DNA of 64,000 nucleotides from the human T2T-CHM13v2.0 reference genome, Homo sapiens, in the NCBI RefSeq assembly GCF_009914755.1, contig NC_060927.1. One strand, 5' to 3'. This document shows, in pieces, positions 1 through 15,180 of this stretch. The translations under genes and the position numbers were made by a program. Under the pieces are notes generated by a model that was given only the letters and a program-made list of their open reading frames with translations, had not been told where the DNA came from and did no database searches. Position 1 is the first letter of the stretch, and every line of letters starts with the position of its first letter.

Positions 1-115
1 AAAATAAGCTCAATGACTCTCATTCTACAGTGAATTACATTAGTTGGGGAGTTTTTGTCTTTATTGTTGTTTGTTTACTTCTTAGATTATTATGTTAGAT
101 ATTCTTGTTGTCAGG

Positions 116-227
116 TTCTTATATATCCTTAATATATAAGAACCATCACTTCTTATATATCCTTAATATATAAGAACCATCACTTCTTATATATCCTTAA
201 TATATAAGAACCATCACTTCTTATATA
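116..227. repeat. 34-bp minisatellite, 3.3 identical copies, each with an internal palindrome
   Basis: Unit ttcttatatatccttaatatataagaaccatcac at 116, 150, 184 and partial at 218. Confidence 0.95.
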
Positions 228-893
228 AAGTTATTTGGTTTTAAGAAGAGTATATGACTTTTTTTTTTGTTGGAAGAAAACAATAACATTTCTAGTTACT
301 ATGTCACTTCCCTCATAATCTCACACATACTCTCATGCATCACCGGAAGCCACAACCTTGTGAACTACTTGGAAGCTCTGCTCAATGGCTTAATACCATT
401 TGCTGAGTCTGTTTAACTTTGCTTAAAGGCTTAAATGTCTGTTAGAGAGGGCCTTGTTTATTTATTTTTATATGTTTCCCCCAAGGCACATGGTAAAAAA
501 AAGAATTTGAACTATGTAAAAAGAGGAATCTAAGTAGACCATCCAATATCAATAGAAATGACAAGCTGTCAGCTACTCCCAAGGGGTTTATGTACAGAGA
601 AAAGAAGGAACCTAGGAATCTGCACAAGGAGGAAGTTCTCTGTGTCCCCAAGTGAGTTAAAAATTCACAAATGAGTGACTAAATGGCATCCCAGCAGTGC
701 AGAGAATCAGCGATTCACCTCAGTTATGCCTAATCTCAATGCAGTGGTTGGCTTATTCAAACAGGACTCTTCTCATGACTCACTTGGGTTTACACACTTA
801 GAGCATGTGTACAATAAGTCATTGATTGCTTTTAGAGCCGAAGTTCCCCACCCCTCCTGCAATTTCTGGACTAAGGAACAAGCAGAGTATTTA

Positions 894-1034
<141 letters not shown>

Positions 1035-1269
1035 TTAGCCTTAATCTTAAGAAGTCTGGCACTGATATCTTTAAAGCAAGAAATATTTTAGATTGTTTAT
1101 TTTTAGTTGTTTCTATAGCGGCATGCACCCTAGAACTTCGTACAGATTTTCTCCTTCCAAGGAAGAGAACCCTCAGTCTTCCTTTAGTGTTTAAAGCTTC
1201 TGATTGCTTAAACGTCCTCCTTATATTTAGTTGAGAACTCTGCTACTGCATTTTCTTTATTTTTGTAAA

Positions 1270-2330
1270 TAAATTGAAACGTTTTGTTAAAGTATAATAT
1301 ACATAGAAAAGTACACATAAATATGCAGCTTAATTAATTTTCACAAACTGAACACACCTATGTAACTAGCACCCAGATCAAGAGATAAATAATTTCCACC
1401 CCTCCAGAAACTTCTTAAATCTCCCTTTATCACTTATCCCAAGGAAACCACTCTTACAACTCCTGACATCATAGATAAATTTTGTCTACTTTTGTACTTG
1501 ATGTGAATGGAACCACATAATATGTATCATTTTGTGCCTGGCTTCTTTTAGTCAACATTACCTTTGTGAGAATCATCCTTATTGTGTATTGTAGACAGTT
1601 CACTATCATTACTATGTAGTATTTTATTATATTAATATACCACGATTTACTACTATTCTATTGATGAGTATTTAGGTAGCTGCCATTCCTAAATGAATAA
1701 TTTACTATTCATTAGGCTATCAGAAATCCTCAATTCAATACTCAACTCTAGAAGCCACTTGCAATGTAGTTTTTTTTGGGGGGGAGGGTGGGAGGCGGGT
1801 GTAATTATTCTTTTTCCCTCCTTGTATTTATTTTGATTTTTGCCTTTTGCCTTCACCTTAATATTAAACAGACATATAGTACCATTGACTATTGACGTTT
1901 TTAAAAATTGTAATTTTAGAAAACTTGAAGCAAAACGAAAGTTAATGCTCACTCAATATATATTTGTTGTAGCAAGACACATCATGATGTCAACATTTTT
2001 AAATGTCTTTTAGCTATTGATTATGAATAGTAATAATGAATAGTGATTATGAATAGTGCTGCTAGGAACATTCTAGTACAATCCTTTTGGTGGAATATGT
2101 ATGCATTTATAACTAGGAATAGAATTGCTGGACCATGGTGTAGGCATGTGCTCAACTTTGATAGATATTGCCAGATAGTTTTTGAAAGAAGTTATGACAA
2201 TTTTACAGTCTCACCAGCATGTATAAGAGGTCTAGTTGCTATTGCATTTAATCCAGAAAATTTCACTAGTCTCAGTAGACATGGAGAAATTTTGTTCACA
2301 ACCTTTCTAATAGCCTTTTAAAATTTAGTT
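1270..2330 (-). mobile_element. Old L1M 3' fragment interrupted by a non-L1 insert at about 1690-2010
   Basis: L1 3'-end motifs (ctggcttcttttagtcaacatta, gctgctaggaacattct, ccagcatgtataagagg) on both sides of the insert. Confidence 0.75.
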
Positions 2331-3593
2331 ATGTTTATATATTTATGTCTTTTAGGTCATTCTGCTATCCATCATCCTTTGTCATTCCTTCCCCACCTAA
2401 CGTGTCCTATTGCTGGTACCTCTTCCTGCAGACAGGACTGAGGTAGAGGACTGTGCCAACTGTGTTCAGTGCATAGAGGCCTACAGCACGCTTCACACTA
2501 TCCCACCATTTTTAGGCTGCCCAACAGCCTCAGGTTCAACATTTCCTAGATTCCTCTTTAAGTCAGGCACTGGGATGGAAGCTGAAACAGTAAGGTTCAG
2601 AGAAATTAAATTTTATGCCATTGAATATACAGACAGAGCTGAGATGGGAGATATGAGTTTGGTCTCTGAGCCTCAAAGTTATACAGAGTATTAATAAAAA
2701 TAAACATCAAGGACCTCTTAAAGGAGGACGGAGACCACAGTGGAGTTTGTGGAGTGAGGTTCAGGTCTCATTTTGTTTCAATGGATGGGAATTACTTCCT
2801 TTGCCTCCCCCAAGTGTTTGCCCATCTCTCAATCACCCACAAAGTGTCCCATGTGGATTTGGCATTGGCTCACTACAGCAAATGTCCAGTTTACATTTTT
2901 AACAGCAACAAAAGGGGAGAAGTGGTGTTTTTTTTTTTTTAATCTAGTTTCTTAACAAATGCTTAATTTTTTCCTCTAGTAGTCAATTGTCAGTAGAACC
3001 ATCTTGGTCTGCATGATGCAGGGGTTTCAGTGTAAGACCTAAAAGCTAGCTAGTTTAATGCTCAGTATGTTTTTCAATCATGTATTGTCTACCGTCCTTA
3101 GTCAACAATATCATGCCAGTTTACTCTATTATTTATTTTGTGTGCTATCTCCTCAAATGGAGTGAAAATTTCTTAGATGGCAGGAACTGCTCTTTGCACC
3201 TGGCTATCTGGTATACTTCATTTAAATAGATAAAGGGAACCCTTGACTCCATTTGGCTTGGGCTATCAGAAATCCTAAATTCAATACTCAACTGTAGAAG
3301 CTCCTTGCAGTTTTTTGGGGGAGGGTTGTATAATTATTCTCCTTTTCCCTCCTTGTATGTATTAAGATTTTTGCTTTTTGCCTTCACCTTAATAGATATA
3401 TAGTACCATTGACTGTTGACACTTTAAAAAATTGTTAAGTAATTTTAGAAAACTTTTGAAGCAAAATGAAAATTAATGCTTACTCAATGTACGTTTGTTA
3501 TAGCAAGACCCATGATGCCAATACCTTAAAATATCTTTTAGCTATTTAAACTTGTACCCCTTGCCTTCCCTATTTTAATTCACTGTGCTCTTA

Positions 3594-3824
<231 letters not shown>

Positions 3825-4222
3825 TCAGGTTGAAACAACTCAGGCCAAAACAAAAAGAAATTTATTTTTATGTTAATGAAAGAGCTACATTTCTGCATGC
3901 CCCATTGTATTACTTAATAGCATGGGTGTTGGAAATTCTTTTTTTGTTAAATTAGATCCTGCTCTTTGATTTAAAAGAAAAATAGAACATTTGGCTTCAT
4001 CTTATGACAAATAAAACTATGATCCTCATTATATTAGAAGCATAATGCTGGAGGGATCTTTTAGAAACCTCTGGTTGAGTCTAATACCGTGTGTATGGAT
4101 TTCTGGTTTCGGCTTAAGTGAATGCCTATGGGTGCCAAATGACATGCACCAGTCATATAAAAGCGATTTTGCACATTCTTCTTACATTTAATCACCAACT
4201 TCATGTGGAAAGCACTGTTTTA

Positions 4223-4465
<243 letters not shown>

Positions 4466-4584
4466 TCAACTACATAATACTTTGGATCTACCTTTTACAC
4501 TAGTTTGTTGAAAAAGTACTTTGGCTATTTAATAGTAGTCTCTGACAACTTTGGTTCAAGTAAAAACGGAAACTGTTACTATTG

Positions 4585-4701
4585 TATCTCACTTTAACTA
4601 AATTAGGAACTATTTGTTATATAAGGAATTAACCTAGGTTTTTTTATCTCACTTTAACTAAATTAGGAACTATTTGTTATATAAGGAATTACCCTAGGTT
4701 T
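4585..4701. repeat. 60-bp tandem duplication in intron 5
   Basis: tatctcactttaactaaattaggaactatttgttatataaggaatta(a/c)cctaggttt at 4585 and 4645. Confidence 0.95.
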
Positions 4702-5366
4702 CATTAACTCCAATTGGACAGTCAGGATGAGAATCAACCAAGCTTAGGCAAAAATACGTACTTGATATCTAAAGCAACACATAGCTGTATTCTCCAGGCA
4801 ACCAGATAGAATAATACTGTGTTAAAATCATCCATGACTTTGGACCTTTGCTTGATATTTCCTTCTTATATTACCCAGAACTTATAGAAAGGGGTTTTAT
4901 AGATAGAACAATTACTGTGATGAGAACTGTCTTGGCGATTCCTATGGCAACAGTTTATAGACTACCCTCTGGATTGTCGTAGGTGTGGGGTCCCAGACTC
5001 CCTTTGACACCATAGGGTAGAAGGGAAGGATAGACTCAGCTGAACAGGAGTTCCTGTGGCAATCACTTACATATTAGATTCCCAAGTAAGATGTTTAAAA
5101 CAAAGGAAACCCAGGCAGTCAAACACGAAGTTTTCTATTTCTTGACATCTAAATGGAATAATTTAACTCTAGAATAGCTCTAAAGTTAAGACCTGGCTTG
5201 CCAGGTCACCTCCAGTGCTATCCCACCAACAATTCCAAGGGGAAAAGTGAGGAGTGATAATAATTTACCTTTGAACGAAAAACTCTATGTCTCTACACCA
5301 CCTCCACTACCACTGGTAGAATTGGCTTTTCTCTCTGTGCTGGTCTACAGTGAGAATGGACAGTCA

Positions 5367-5645
<279 letters not shown>

Positions 5646-7884
5646 TCAATAATAACAATTTGGTTTAAGTACAGTATATATCTTGAATGAAAGCCCCTCC
5701 CTGAATTCACTGGAAGGATGAACCCTTGTTCCTAGGTATAGACATAGTTTGTGCAGGAGATATTTGATATGACCTCATATGCAGTTGTAGTTGGAAACAT
5801 GAATAGAAAGAAATGCTTAGTCATGTATTTGACAGTTCTTCATTACATCATCTTATTTAATTAAAATTCATGTTAATTTTTAGTTTACATCATAATGCCT
5901 TAGGTTATCTTCAGAAAAGAAATTGAAGAATGTTTTAATAATATTCTTAATTAGGGCTCATGGGATTAAAGGAAATCAGAACATATCTCCACCAACCTCT
6001 TGATAGATGTTGAGTAACAACTTGCCAAAGATCACAAGCAACAGAGCATTAGTGTGAGAACAGCATGCCCTATCTGAATTTCCACAACGTAGAGGGCCCT
6101 CAAGATCACTGTTAAGGTGGTGACGAGGGGCGAGGGGAGGTGCAGAGAGGTAGAAGAGGTTAAGGATCTTAAGGACTCTTCCCCAGTTAGAAACCAGGGA
6201 AACCCAGCTTCTTTATTCTATTCAAATATTAGGCTTCGAAAAAATTTTATTTGAAGAAAGACTTTTGGTACTTAAACGAATACAAAACATTGGAAAGCAC
6301 TAGCTCATTCTGCCTTCTGAAGCTTTCTTAAATGCACATGTAATCAGTCGTGCTGGAAATGGTGGAATGTCCAGCCATTTGCTGACTGCATAAAAAGTTC
6401 AGAGACTATCGACAGGCAAGGCTGAATTAAATGTTTGGCATTTTCTTAACTATTTAAAAATAGGATTTGCAGAGGCTTCTTCTTAGAAACTACCTGCCTA
6501 TCAAATTGAAATGGATGATCTTTGTGTAAAAGATGCTTTGACAATTGTTTTCAAAATATATTTTTTAATGCTTCAAATTGTTCTTAATGTCTCAAATGAA
6601 CATTTACATGTGTGATAAGGTATCTGTATTTCAGCTGAATTTTACAGGTGACTTTTAATGTGTAGCCTGTTGATCTTAAGTAAGAAAAAAATCATTTATT
6701 TGGCTCAATTCTAAGTTGTACTATCTTTCTGTAATAGCTAATACTATACCTGAAAAACAGAATAATGTAGATAAGCTCACAGGTCTGAAGTCACATGAAC
6801 TTGAAGTCAAATTATATTTCCTATAATTTTTAGGAACTTTAATGCTCAGAATAGGGCCAAACATAATTTTAGAAGATAGTTAGGGAGTACAAGTTGGTTG
6901 GCTATGCTACTTAGAGGTTGTTTTACAATATATTTATAGCATTTGTTTTCAATTTTACCAAAAACATTTTGTATATTTTTTTCACACTGTATTTTTTTAA
7001 ATGGAGAGAAAAGAAAGAAGAATCATAATTGGGACTTCGTTCATAGTGTTATTATCTGCATTTTATGGGAGAAGAAACTGAGGCTCAGATTTAATATTTA
7101 AGGCCATGCAGAGACAGTGCCAGAATTTATTTGCTCTGAATTCAAAGCCCTTTCCACATTTGGGGTTGACTCTTTACCTTGATAAAGCTACACTGATCTT
7201 CAGTTATTTTTATTAACAATGAAAATAATAAAAAGAGATTTAATTAGACTGTTAACTTGATATTTTAGTCTTTTGCTTCAACTGATCATTGAAGATACAT
7301 GGAATTCAAGTCTTTTCTGTAGGTAAAAGTGTTAAAAATACTTTTATATACAAATCTTACGTCCTCACCACTCCTTCCCCATCCCCATGGATAGAGGTGC
7401 CTTGAAAGGCAACTACGTCTTGTGAAAATGGGTTAAAATCTCAACCTAGCACCGTCAAAATCAGAGCTTCATTGGCAGAAGTTACAGATTTAGCCATTTG
7501 TTTTAGAGAGAGATTGAATGATTCTCCCTTTCTTCAGATGTCTGCTAATTAGTTGCCTCTGAATGTTTGAAAAGCTGTCTCCAAGAACTAGCGATTCCCA
7601 CTATTCAGAATAAAGTTTGTGGGAGGAACCTCCTTCCTTTATTCTGAACTTTTAAATATCAGCTGCTTCTCTCTGATTCACTTTCCCTATGGACACCACC
7701 ACTGTAATGCTTCACTCGGTCATGTCTAGAATCATACAGGGCTGGGGAATGTGGTCTAAGAGATGGGTTCAGAGTGTTAAGGTCTTGTCAGATAGAAGAG
7801 ATGGAGACATGGCAGCCAGGTAGTCCATAAGGGCAGAATTAAGGGTCGTGGTATAGCAGTCTCCCACTGTCTGCTATACCACAG

Positions 7885-8100
7885 CAGTAATAACAACGGC
7901 TAGCATTTACTGGTAGCTTACTGTATGTCAGATTCTATGCGGAACGTTTTACATATGTTCTCACAATCACCCTATAAGGTAGATATTATTATCCACTTCA
8001 TTTAATAAATGAAGCAACTGAGAGTCAGAGTTAAATAATTTGTCTGTGATCATACAACTAGAAATGATGTCATTGCCATGGACGAGAACCTTGATAGCAT
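7885..8100 (-). mobile_element. MIR
   Basis: aataacaacggctagcatttact...aaatgaagcaactgagagtcagag MIR core. Confidence 0.65.
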
Positions 8101-8237
8101 CATAATTCCTACTTACTGGTCCCAAACCTCCCAACTCAGGATTTCAACTTTATGCTATTGCCTTTCCCTCTGTGATGTCACCCTAGACTCAAAAATATCC
8201 CTGAGTGCTACCACATCCGCCTTTAGAGTTACTTTCA

Positions 8238-8426
<189 letters not shown>

Positions 8427-8660
8427 TTAAAAAGCAAGGAATATAAATTCAGCATCAAAACTTGCTAAAATTATTCGCTTTCAGAGCATGTTGAGATTTT
8501 TTTTAACCTAAGAGCAATTATTTTAATTTTGCTGTAAAAGCTAGTTGGGGAATCTTGAACCAAGATTGCTAATTTGACTCATCTATGGACTAAAGTATTA
8601 CTAATAAGCAAGACTTATGATGGGATAACCTAGGTTGCATCCACCTGATCTCTACATTTT

Positions 8661-8761
8661 TCTATTTTATTTTGAGACAGGGTCTCACTCGCTCTGTCAC
8701 TCAGGCTGGAGTGCAAAGGCACCATCATGGTTCATTGAAGTCTTGACCTCCCAGGCTCAAG
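8661..8761 (-). mobile_element. 5'-truncated AluJ-like fragment with 17-bp TSD
   Basis: tttgagacagggtctcactc...cctcccaggctcaagc; flanks cctgatctctacatttt (8644) and cctaatctctacatttt (8762). Confidence 0.88.
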
Positions 8762-9493
8762 CCTAATCTCTACATTTTGATAGAGATGATTCAATCCTGG
8801 TGAGGACAAGCTTAAGATAACACTTATGACAGTTTTTCAAAGAGTTAACTAAGTTTTCTCTAAGTTGATTGTTTTAAAGAATAATTGTCTGGTGATAGCT
8901 AAATTCAATTCTATAGTTGTAACCTACAACTTTTTTTTTCTTTCAATGGCACAGGTTTTTAATCTAGATAGGAAAGGAACTTTCAAAGTTAAATTTCCTT
9001 TTGTATAAATTATTTGGAAGTAATTTAAAACATACTTTTAAGCCTTATCTAGAGAATTATAATTATCTGTATTTTAATATTGTATGCCAGCATATTTCCA
9101 AAATCTATAAATTATTAGTGACCAATGTAAAATACATAATAGAGCTGACAATAGCAACAAAAACACTTTCAAAATTAATCAGATGAAAATTGACAACATT
9201 TGCAGATATCTGTTACTTTTATTTCTAATTAATGGGAAAGCGAGGTACACAGAAAACCTTTTTTGCAGTCAAGCAGATAATGGTAAGGCCAATAAATGCC
9301 TGAGTAGACAGGTGTGAAAATGTTTGTGCCAAAAGAAATGTAAACGTCCTTGTTATATTCTATTTCACTGCTTCAAACTTTGATAGGTGGGCCTTTTCCA
9401 TGCAAGTATCTTTAACACCAACCAAACAGAATTTTTTTTTTCTGGAGCATAAAACTATAAAGTCACATACTGCAGTGATTGTCCAACATCCAC

Positions 9494-9974
9494 GTGATAG
9501 GCTAAATCATGTCCCCTGGCAGCCTACAGCATAATCCCCAGACTCTGTAAATGTTACGTCACATAGCAAATGAGGTTTTGCAGATGTGATTGAGAATCTT
9601 GAGATGGGGAGATTATCTTCAATTATCTGAGTGAATCCAATGATGTAATCACAAATGTCCTGATAAGAGTAAGGTAGAAGAGGAGCAGGTGATATGATGA
9701 CAGAAGTAGAGATTAGAATGTTGTGCTTCAAAGATGGAAGAAGGGGCCACAAGCCAGAGAACTATAGTTGGTCACTGCAAGCTGGAAAAGGGCAAGGAAT
9801 GCATTCTTCCCTCAAAGCCTCCAGAAGGAACCAGCCTTATTGGCATTTTGACTTTAGCTAACTAAAACTGAGTTTGGAATTTTGACCTCCAAAACTATAA
9901 GAAAACATATTTGTGTTGTTTTAAGCCACTAAATTGGGGATAATTCATTACAGCAGCAATGTGAAATGAGTATA
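9494..9974 (+). mobile_element. MLT1 (MaLR) solo LTR
   Basis: tttgcagatgtgatt, cttgagatggggagattatc, tgtgttgttttaagccactaaatt, ttacagcagcaat. Confidence 0.85.
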
Positions 9975-10440
9975 GGGAAACAGAGTGATTTAGAGCTGGC
10001 TAGCCCCAGAGCTACAGAGTAGAAAAATAGTTTAAGGGGTGTTTAGTAGTTTAGACTATTGTGAAATGCTTTTTATCTACACAGGGACAGAGGGCAGGCA
10101 AATTCAATAATTGACCTTAACAAGTTGTTACCACCTAGCTAATAGTCTCTTTTATTAGGGGAAAAAAGATAAAAAGTCATAAAAGAAATAGCCTGGAAGA
10201 ATCTTTGATGCCCTAAAGTCCCCTTTCCCTACCACCAAAGGATGCAGGAACACTTTATGTAATTTAAATTCTTTTAACTTCTGTTCAGATATTAGAAATG
10301 GCCACAAATAAATACTTTAAAAAATACATGAAATAGCTGAATCAGGGAAAAAGAAGCTTAATTCTATGTAAGCATATTTCTTAAAATCTGACTCTAAATA
10401 CTTCAGATAGTATAGGCTCGATTATTGTCGTGGTCATGGT

Positions 10441-10474
10441 CATTGTCGTCATCATCATCATCATCATCATCATC
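10441..10474. repeat. (CAT)n trinucleotide repeat, followed by a MIR to about 10700
   Basis: Visible catcatcat run; MIR motif cctcacaataatgccatgaggtaggtattatt. Confidence 0.85.
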
Positions 10475-12803
10475 AAAATGAGGCCACATTTGGTGTTTGC
10501 TTAATAAATGTCAGGCATTGTTTTAAACCTTTTATATTTGTTGTCATTAAATCCTCACAATAATGCCATGAGGTAGGTATTATTTTTGTTTTCACATTGC
10601 AGATGGGAGGAAAACGTCTTAGAGAACCTAATAACTTGCTCATTTTCATACAGCTATTAAGTGACAGATCTTGGACTTGATCTGTGTGAAACCAAAGGGT
10701 AATGTATCATTTTAATGAGTTCCATTTTTGATGGGAAAGAATGCATGCCTTCAAAGGCAAGCTATGCATCGCTTCCTTTACTCATGGTAGTGTGGATTGC
10801 ACAGACCATAGTCTTCTCTACCGTACCCTGGTAATTAAACTGTAAATGCATAGGTTGGAAAAATTGGCCTTGCAAACCCAAAACTATAAAATGGTGGCCA
10901 CAGACATCTGTTGACTATTACACAATTGCAAGGAAACACTTTTTTTTTTAAAGGCAATAATGGAAGTATTACATTTTTATTTATTTACTTTTGACTGGTA
11001 GATAAATGACACTGGTAATAATGAAAATCATGTCACTTCTCAATGAATCTCTCTAGAAAGATAATTTTATGGGGATACTGATAACTTTGTCTTAATTTTG
11101 ATGTTGAAGTTATGGACTTTTGGGCTGCTTTTCAAGGGGGATCATTTTATTACTAAAAGCTAGGAGAAACCTCACTTTTTGTTTACCATAGGTCATTTGA
11201 TACGTGGTCATTTGACATTGTTTTGGGGTATAACCATTGTTGATGCCAAATCCTAAGACTTCAGAGGGTTTGTATATTGGCTCCATTAAATGTTAATTAA
11301 ATGTTAACACTAATTAAATGTTTTAGGTTAAGTCACTGAACTCATCAGAATCTTACCTCTAAATGAGAGGCAACCAGGGTTTACATTTTTTCTTCAGGAA
11401 TGAGAAGTAGTATAAAATATCAGTAGTTGCTAAATGATTTGTGCATATTTTAGAACGTAATTTAATTTTGCTTAATTTGATTTACTTAAAAATTTTTTTT
11501 AAAATTATTTTTCCTTTTTCCTTTTGTCTGAGCCCACTTGCTAGGAAATAATTTACTTTAGCAATAAATAATTAATCTAGAGAATTCTCCATTTACTACT
11601 TAAACCAACTTGATACACATTGAAATTATTTTTGAATTTTTTTAAATGATGAAATTCAGTTTATTAATCCGTATTTTACAGATTCGTATTTAAAGTTCAA
11701 CTGAACATCAGCAAGTTGATTAAAATATAAGAAATTGACCACTGTCTTTTATGGTGGAGAAAACTCCATTTCAAATAAAAATAATAATAAAACTTGGGTT
11801 ACCATGATATTGTAGTTAAGAAAACTTATAGTCATATTATATAAAAGCTCCAGTATAAGAGGAAGAGTTATCAGAATTTTAATAACCAGAGAGCTAAAAA
11901 TTATAATTTATAATAGGAATTGAAAAACTAAGTGAATTATAATCCAGAATTATTAAACTAGTTGCCTAAATTGTTATTTACATCTTTAAAGGCATTTTCA
12001 CTTTCTAAATTTTTCATATATTATTTTTATCATGAGAAAAAAAGGTAATGCACAAAAGGTGGGCTCAAATAGGAGAAAATCTAAAAAATAATCATTTGAT
12101 ATTCTGGTTTTATCTCCTCTTTATATAGGGTGGGAAATCCTAACAGCTGTAGTCCATTGCATGAATAAGTAAAATTTGAGGGTAAAGGAGTTCCACTGAT
12201 GTTTTTAATCCAAAAAACCTAACAGAAACTCAAGTGATAAATGGGGGTATCTCTTGCTTCATCTCTGGTTGGGGCTTTGAGATAGCAAGCAGTACCAGCA
12301 GCCAGAAACCGCATAACAAATACATTGGGCAATTGGGAGTTGGGGATGTTGACTGAACCTTTGAACTTGACTGATCCGAATGCCAAATTCTAATTTAAAA
12401 AGGGAAAACTGGATGTTTGAGACATAGTGTGATTTGGTGAAGCAAACAATGGACTCCCAGGTTAAAAACTCTAATTAGTCTCTTCTGCTGAGTTCCTGAG
12501 TTAACCGTTTGTGTAGTGGTCTCCTAGTATATTTTATAACTTACAAAGCTAGAGGATCAAAGCAATTATCTAGAAATACACACAAAACTCATGTTTGGTA
12601 TAAATGTCTGAACAATTAACCAAACTGTCGCAACAGCTTTTTTCATTGATTTGATCTAACACTGATATGCCTCATAGGGTCATGAGTTGAAAAAACAACT
12701 CTAAAGCTATTCCACAAGAAGAAAGATAATATTTTTCTAAACAAGTGTTAGGAAAATGAAAATATGAAAGTTTCTGTTTATGCTTATTTATGAAATTTGC
12801 CTA

Positions 12804-13067
<264 letters not shown>

Positions 13068-13522
13068 CTAGGAGATAAAGAAAAATAGCTTTACTATTTC
13101 AAACATTCTATGTATTTTTGTTTTTGTCTTTAAAGTGTTTGTTACGTGTTTAAATAGTACCATCTCAATTATGTGTTTTATATACATATAAACATGGATA
13201 GATTTGTTTACAGTTGGCCATATCCTATAAAAGAAAGGTTATAAATTACATTGCCAACAAGAACCAGGCAGGAACAAATAAATGAAGGGAACATGTAATA
13301 CTTTGATGACTAGGGGACTAAAATACATTTTCTACTATTTGGGACTAATAGGGAATGGTCAGGATTGTGGAACTAGAGGAGCAAGAGGAAGCTGCAAACG
13401 TGAAACTGGTGTTGGATGACCTTTAACTTTTTAACAGAAAGTCAGAAATCTGAGTTTTTATGTAAATTTTTTCGAGTTTTAAATATTGGCAACTATTGAA
13501 ATTGAAACTATTCTGCAGGCTA

Positions 13523-13812
13523 GGCCAGGCGCGGTGGCTCACACCTATAATCTCAGCACTTTGGGAGGCCGAGGTGGGCGGACTGCTTGAGCTCAGGAGT
13601 TTGAGACTAGGCTGGGCAACATGGTGAAACCCTGTCTCTACGAAGAATACTAAAAATTACCCAGGCATGGTGGCACATGCCTGTAGTCCCAGCTACTTGG
13701 AGGGGGCTGAAGCGGGAGGATTGCTTGAGCCTGCGAGGTTGAGGCTGCAGTGAGTCAAGATGGAGCCACTGCACTCCAGCCTGGGTGAGAAAGTAAGACC
13801 TTGTCTCAAAAA
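13523..13812 (+). mobile_element. Alu (J-like)
   Basis: Full dimer; TSD tattctgcaggcta on both sides. Confidence 0.95.
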
Positions 13813-14489
13813 ATATATATATTCTGCAGGCTAAAAAGATACATTTTCATGCTAGTGTTACTTCTGCACAGCAGGATTTAAATTGACTTATACATATTTT
13901 AACAGAATCATAAAAGTGGATATAAGAAAAAAGACTGGGAAAGTTAAGATGAGGGTCAAAAATCAAGTTAGCATACAGAATTCAAACACTAGATGGTGTA
14001 TCTTTGTTGGAAGTGAGCTATAGATTTACCAGTAAACTTCCTAGCCACCAGGGCAGAGAGGAAAACAACCGGGTATATTATTGATGAATTCCTAAGATAA
14101 CAATAAGTTAGTGGCCCTTGAGAAGGTATTGAGACCCAAAGGAAGTTTCTCCTGTGGGTCCTCATAGAGTTAACTGTGTAACAGAATGGACAACATTGGA
14201 AACTAAATTTCATGGAGCCATATTTTGTAATATGCTTCATATAATTCAGATGAATTATAGGACATGGGAGGAAGACGAGGCCATCTTCCTCCCATGTCAT
14301 TCCTCTCAATGATGATTTGGTCACTATTTAGCATCAGTGAGCTGGGAGGGTACTCTCTGAAAAGGACCTGGAATGCAGCTGCTCTGGGTTACTAGTTATG
14401 GGCAAAGGCCTGTTTGGTAATGCCAGCTGAGGGAGGGGAAGAATTGAGCATCCTCTTATAAAAGAAGTCTGATCAAGACATTTGTCTCA

Positions 14490-14773
14490 GACTGGGTGCC
14501 GTAGCTCATGCCTGTAATCTAGCACTTTGGGAGGCCAAGGTGGGCAGATCACTTGAGGTCAGGAGTTCAAGACCAGCCTGGCCAACGTGGCAAAACCCTG
14601 TCTCTACTAAAGATACAATAAATTAGCCAGGCATTGTGGCTGGAGCCTGTAATCTCAGCTACTTGGGAGGCTGAGGCAAGAGAATTGCTTGAACTCAGGA
14701 GGCAGAGGTTGAAGTGAAAATCTCCAGCCTGGATGACAGAGTGAGACTTTGTCTCAAAAAACTAAAACAAAAA
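14490..14773 (+). mobile_element. Alu (S-like) with a small right-arm deletion
   Basis: Alu dimer; flanks aagacatttgtctca / aaaacatttgcctca. Confidence 0.93.
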
Positions 14774-15180
14774 CATTTGCCTCACTAGAAGGCTGCCTTA
14801 TATGAATAATATGCATAGAAAAAAAAGCTGAAGGAAATATCCAAAATGTTCTCAGCAAATAATTATGGGTATTTTTTTTTCTAATACTGTCTTCAGTAGG
14901 CATGTGTAATTTTCATAACCATATGAAAGTGTGATTTTAAAATCCTTCCAAATAATCCCAAATGTCATTCAGCTGATTAAAAAAAGGCTTAAAAAATCAT
15001 TCTTATGTAATGGTGTTTCAGCAGCTCTTTAAATACAAAAGGAAGGGCCTATATAGAGAGAGAGCACTAACCTGGACGCCAGTATGGGGATCGCTGTTTT
15101 CAGCTCTGGCTCTGGGACTTGGATTGAAGGAGGTGAAACCTTAGCCTAAGCTTCCGTCTAAGACTGGAGGGGATGGTTTA

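Noticed and set aside
116-227. CRISPR-like palindromic direct repeats
   Set aside because: Units are contiguous and identical with no unique spacers, there are no cas genes, and the context is a human intron.
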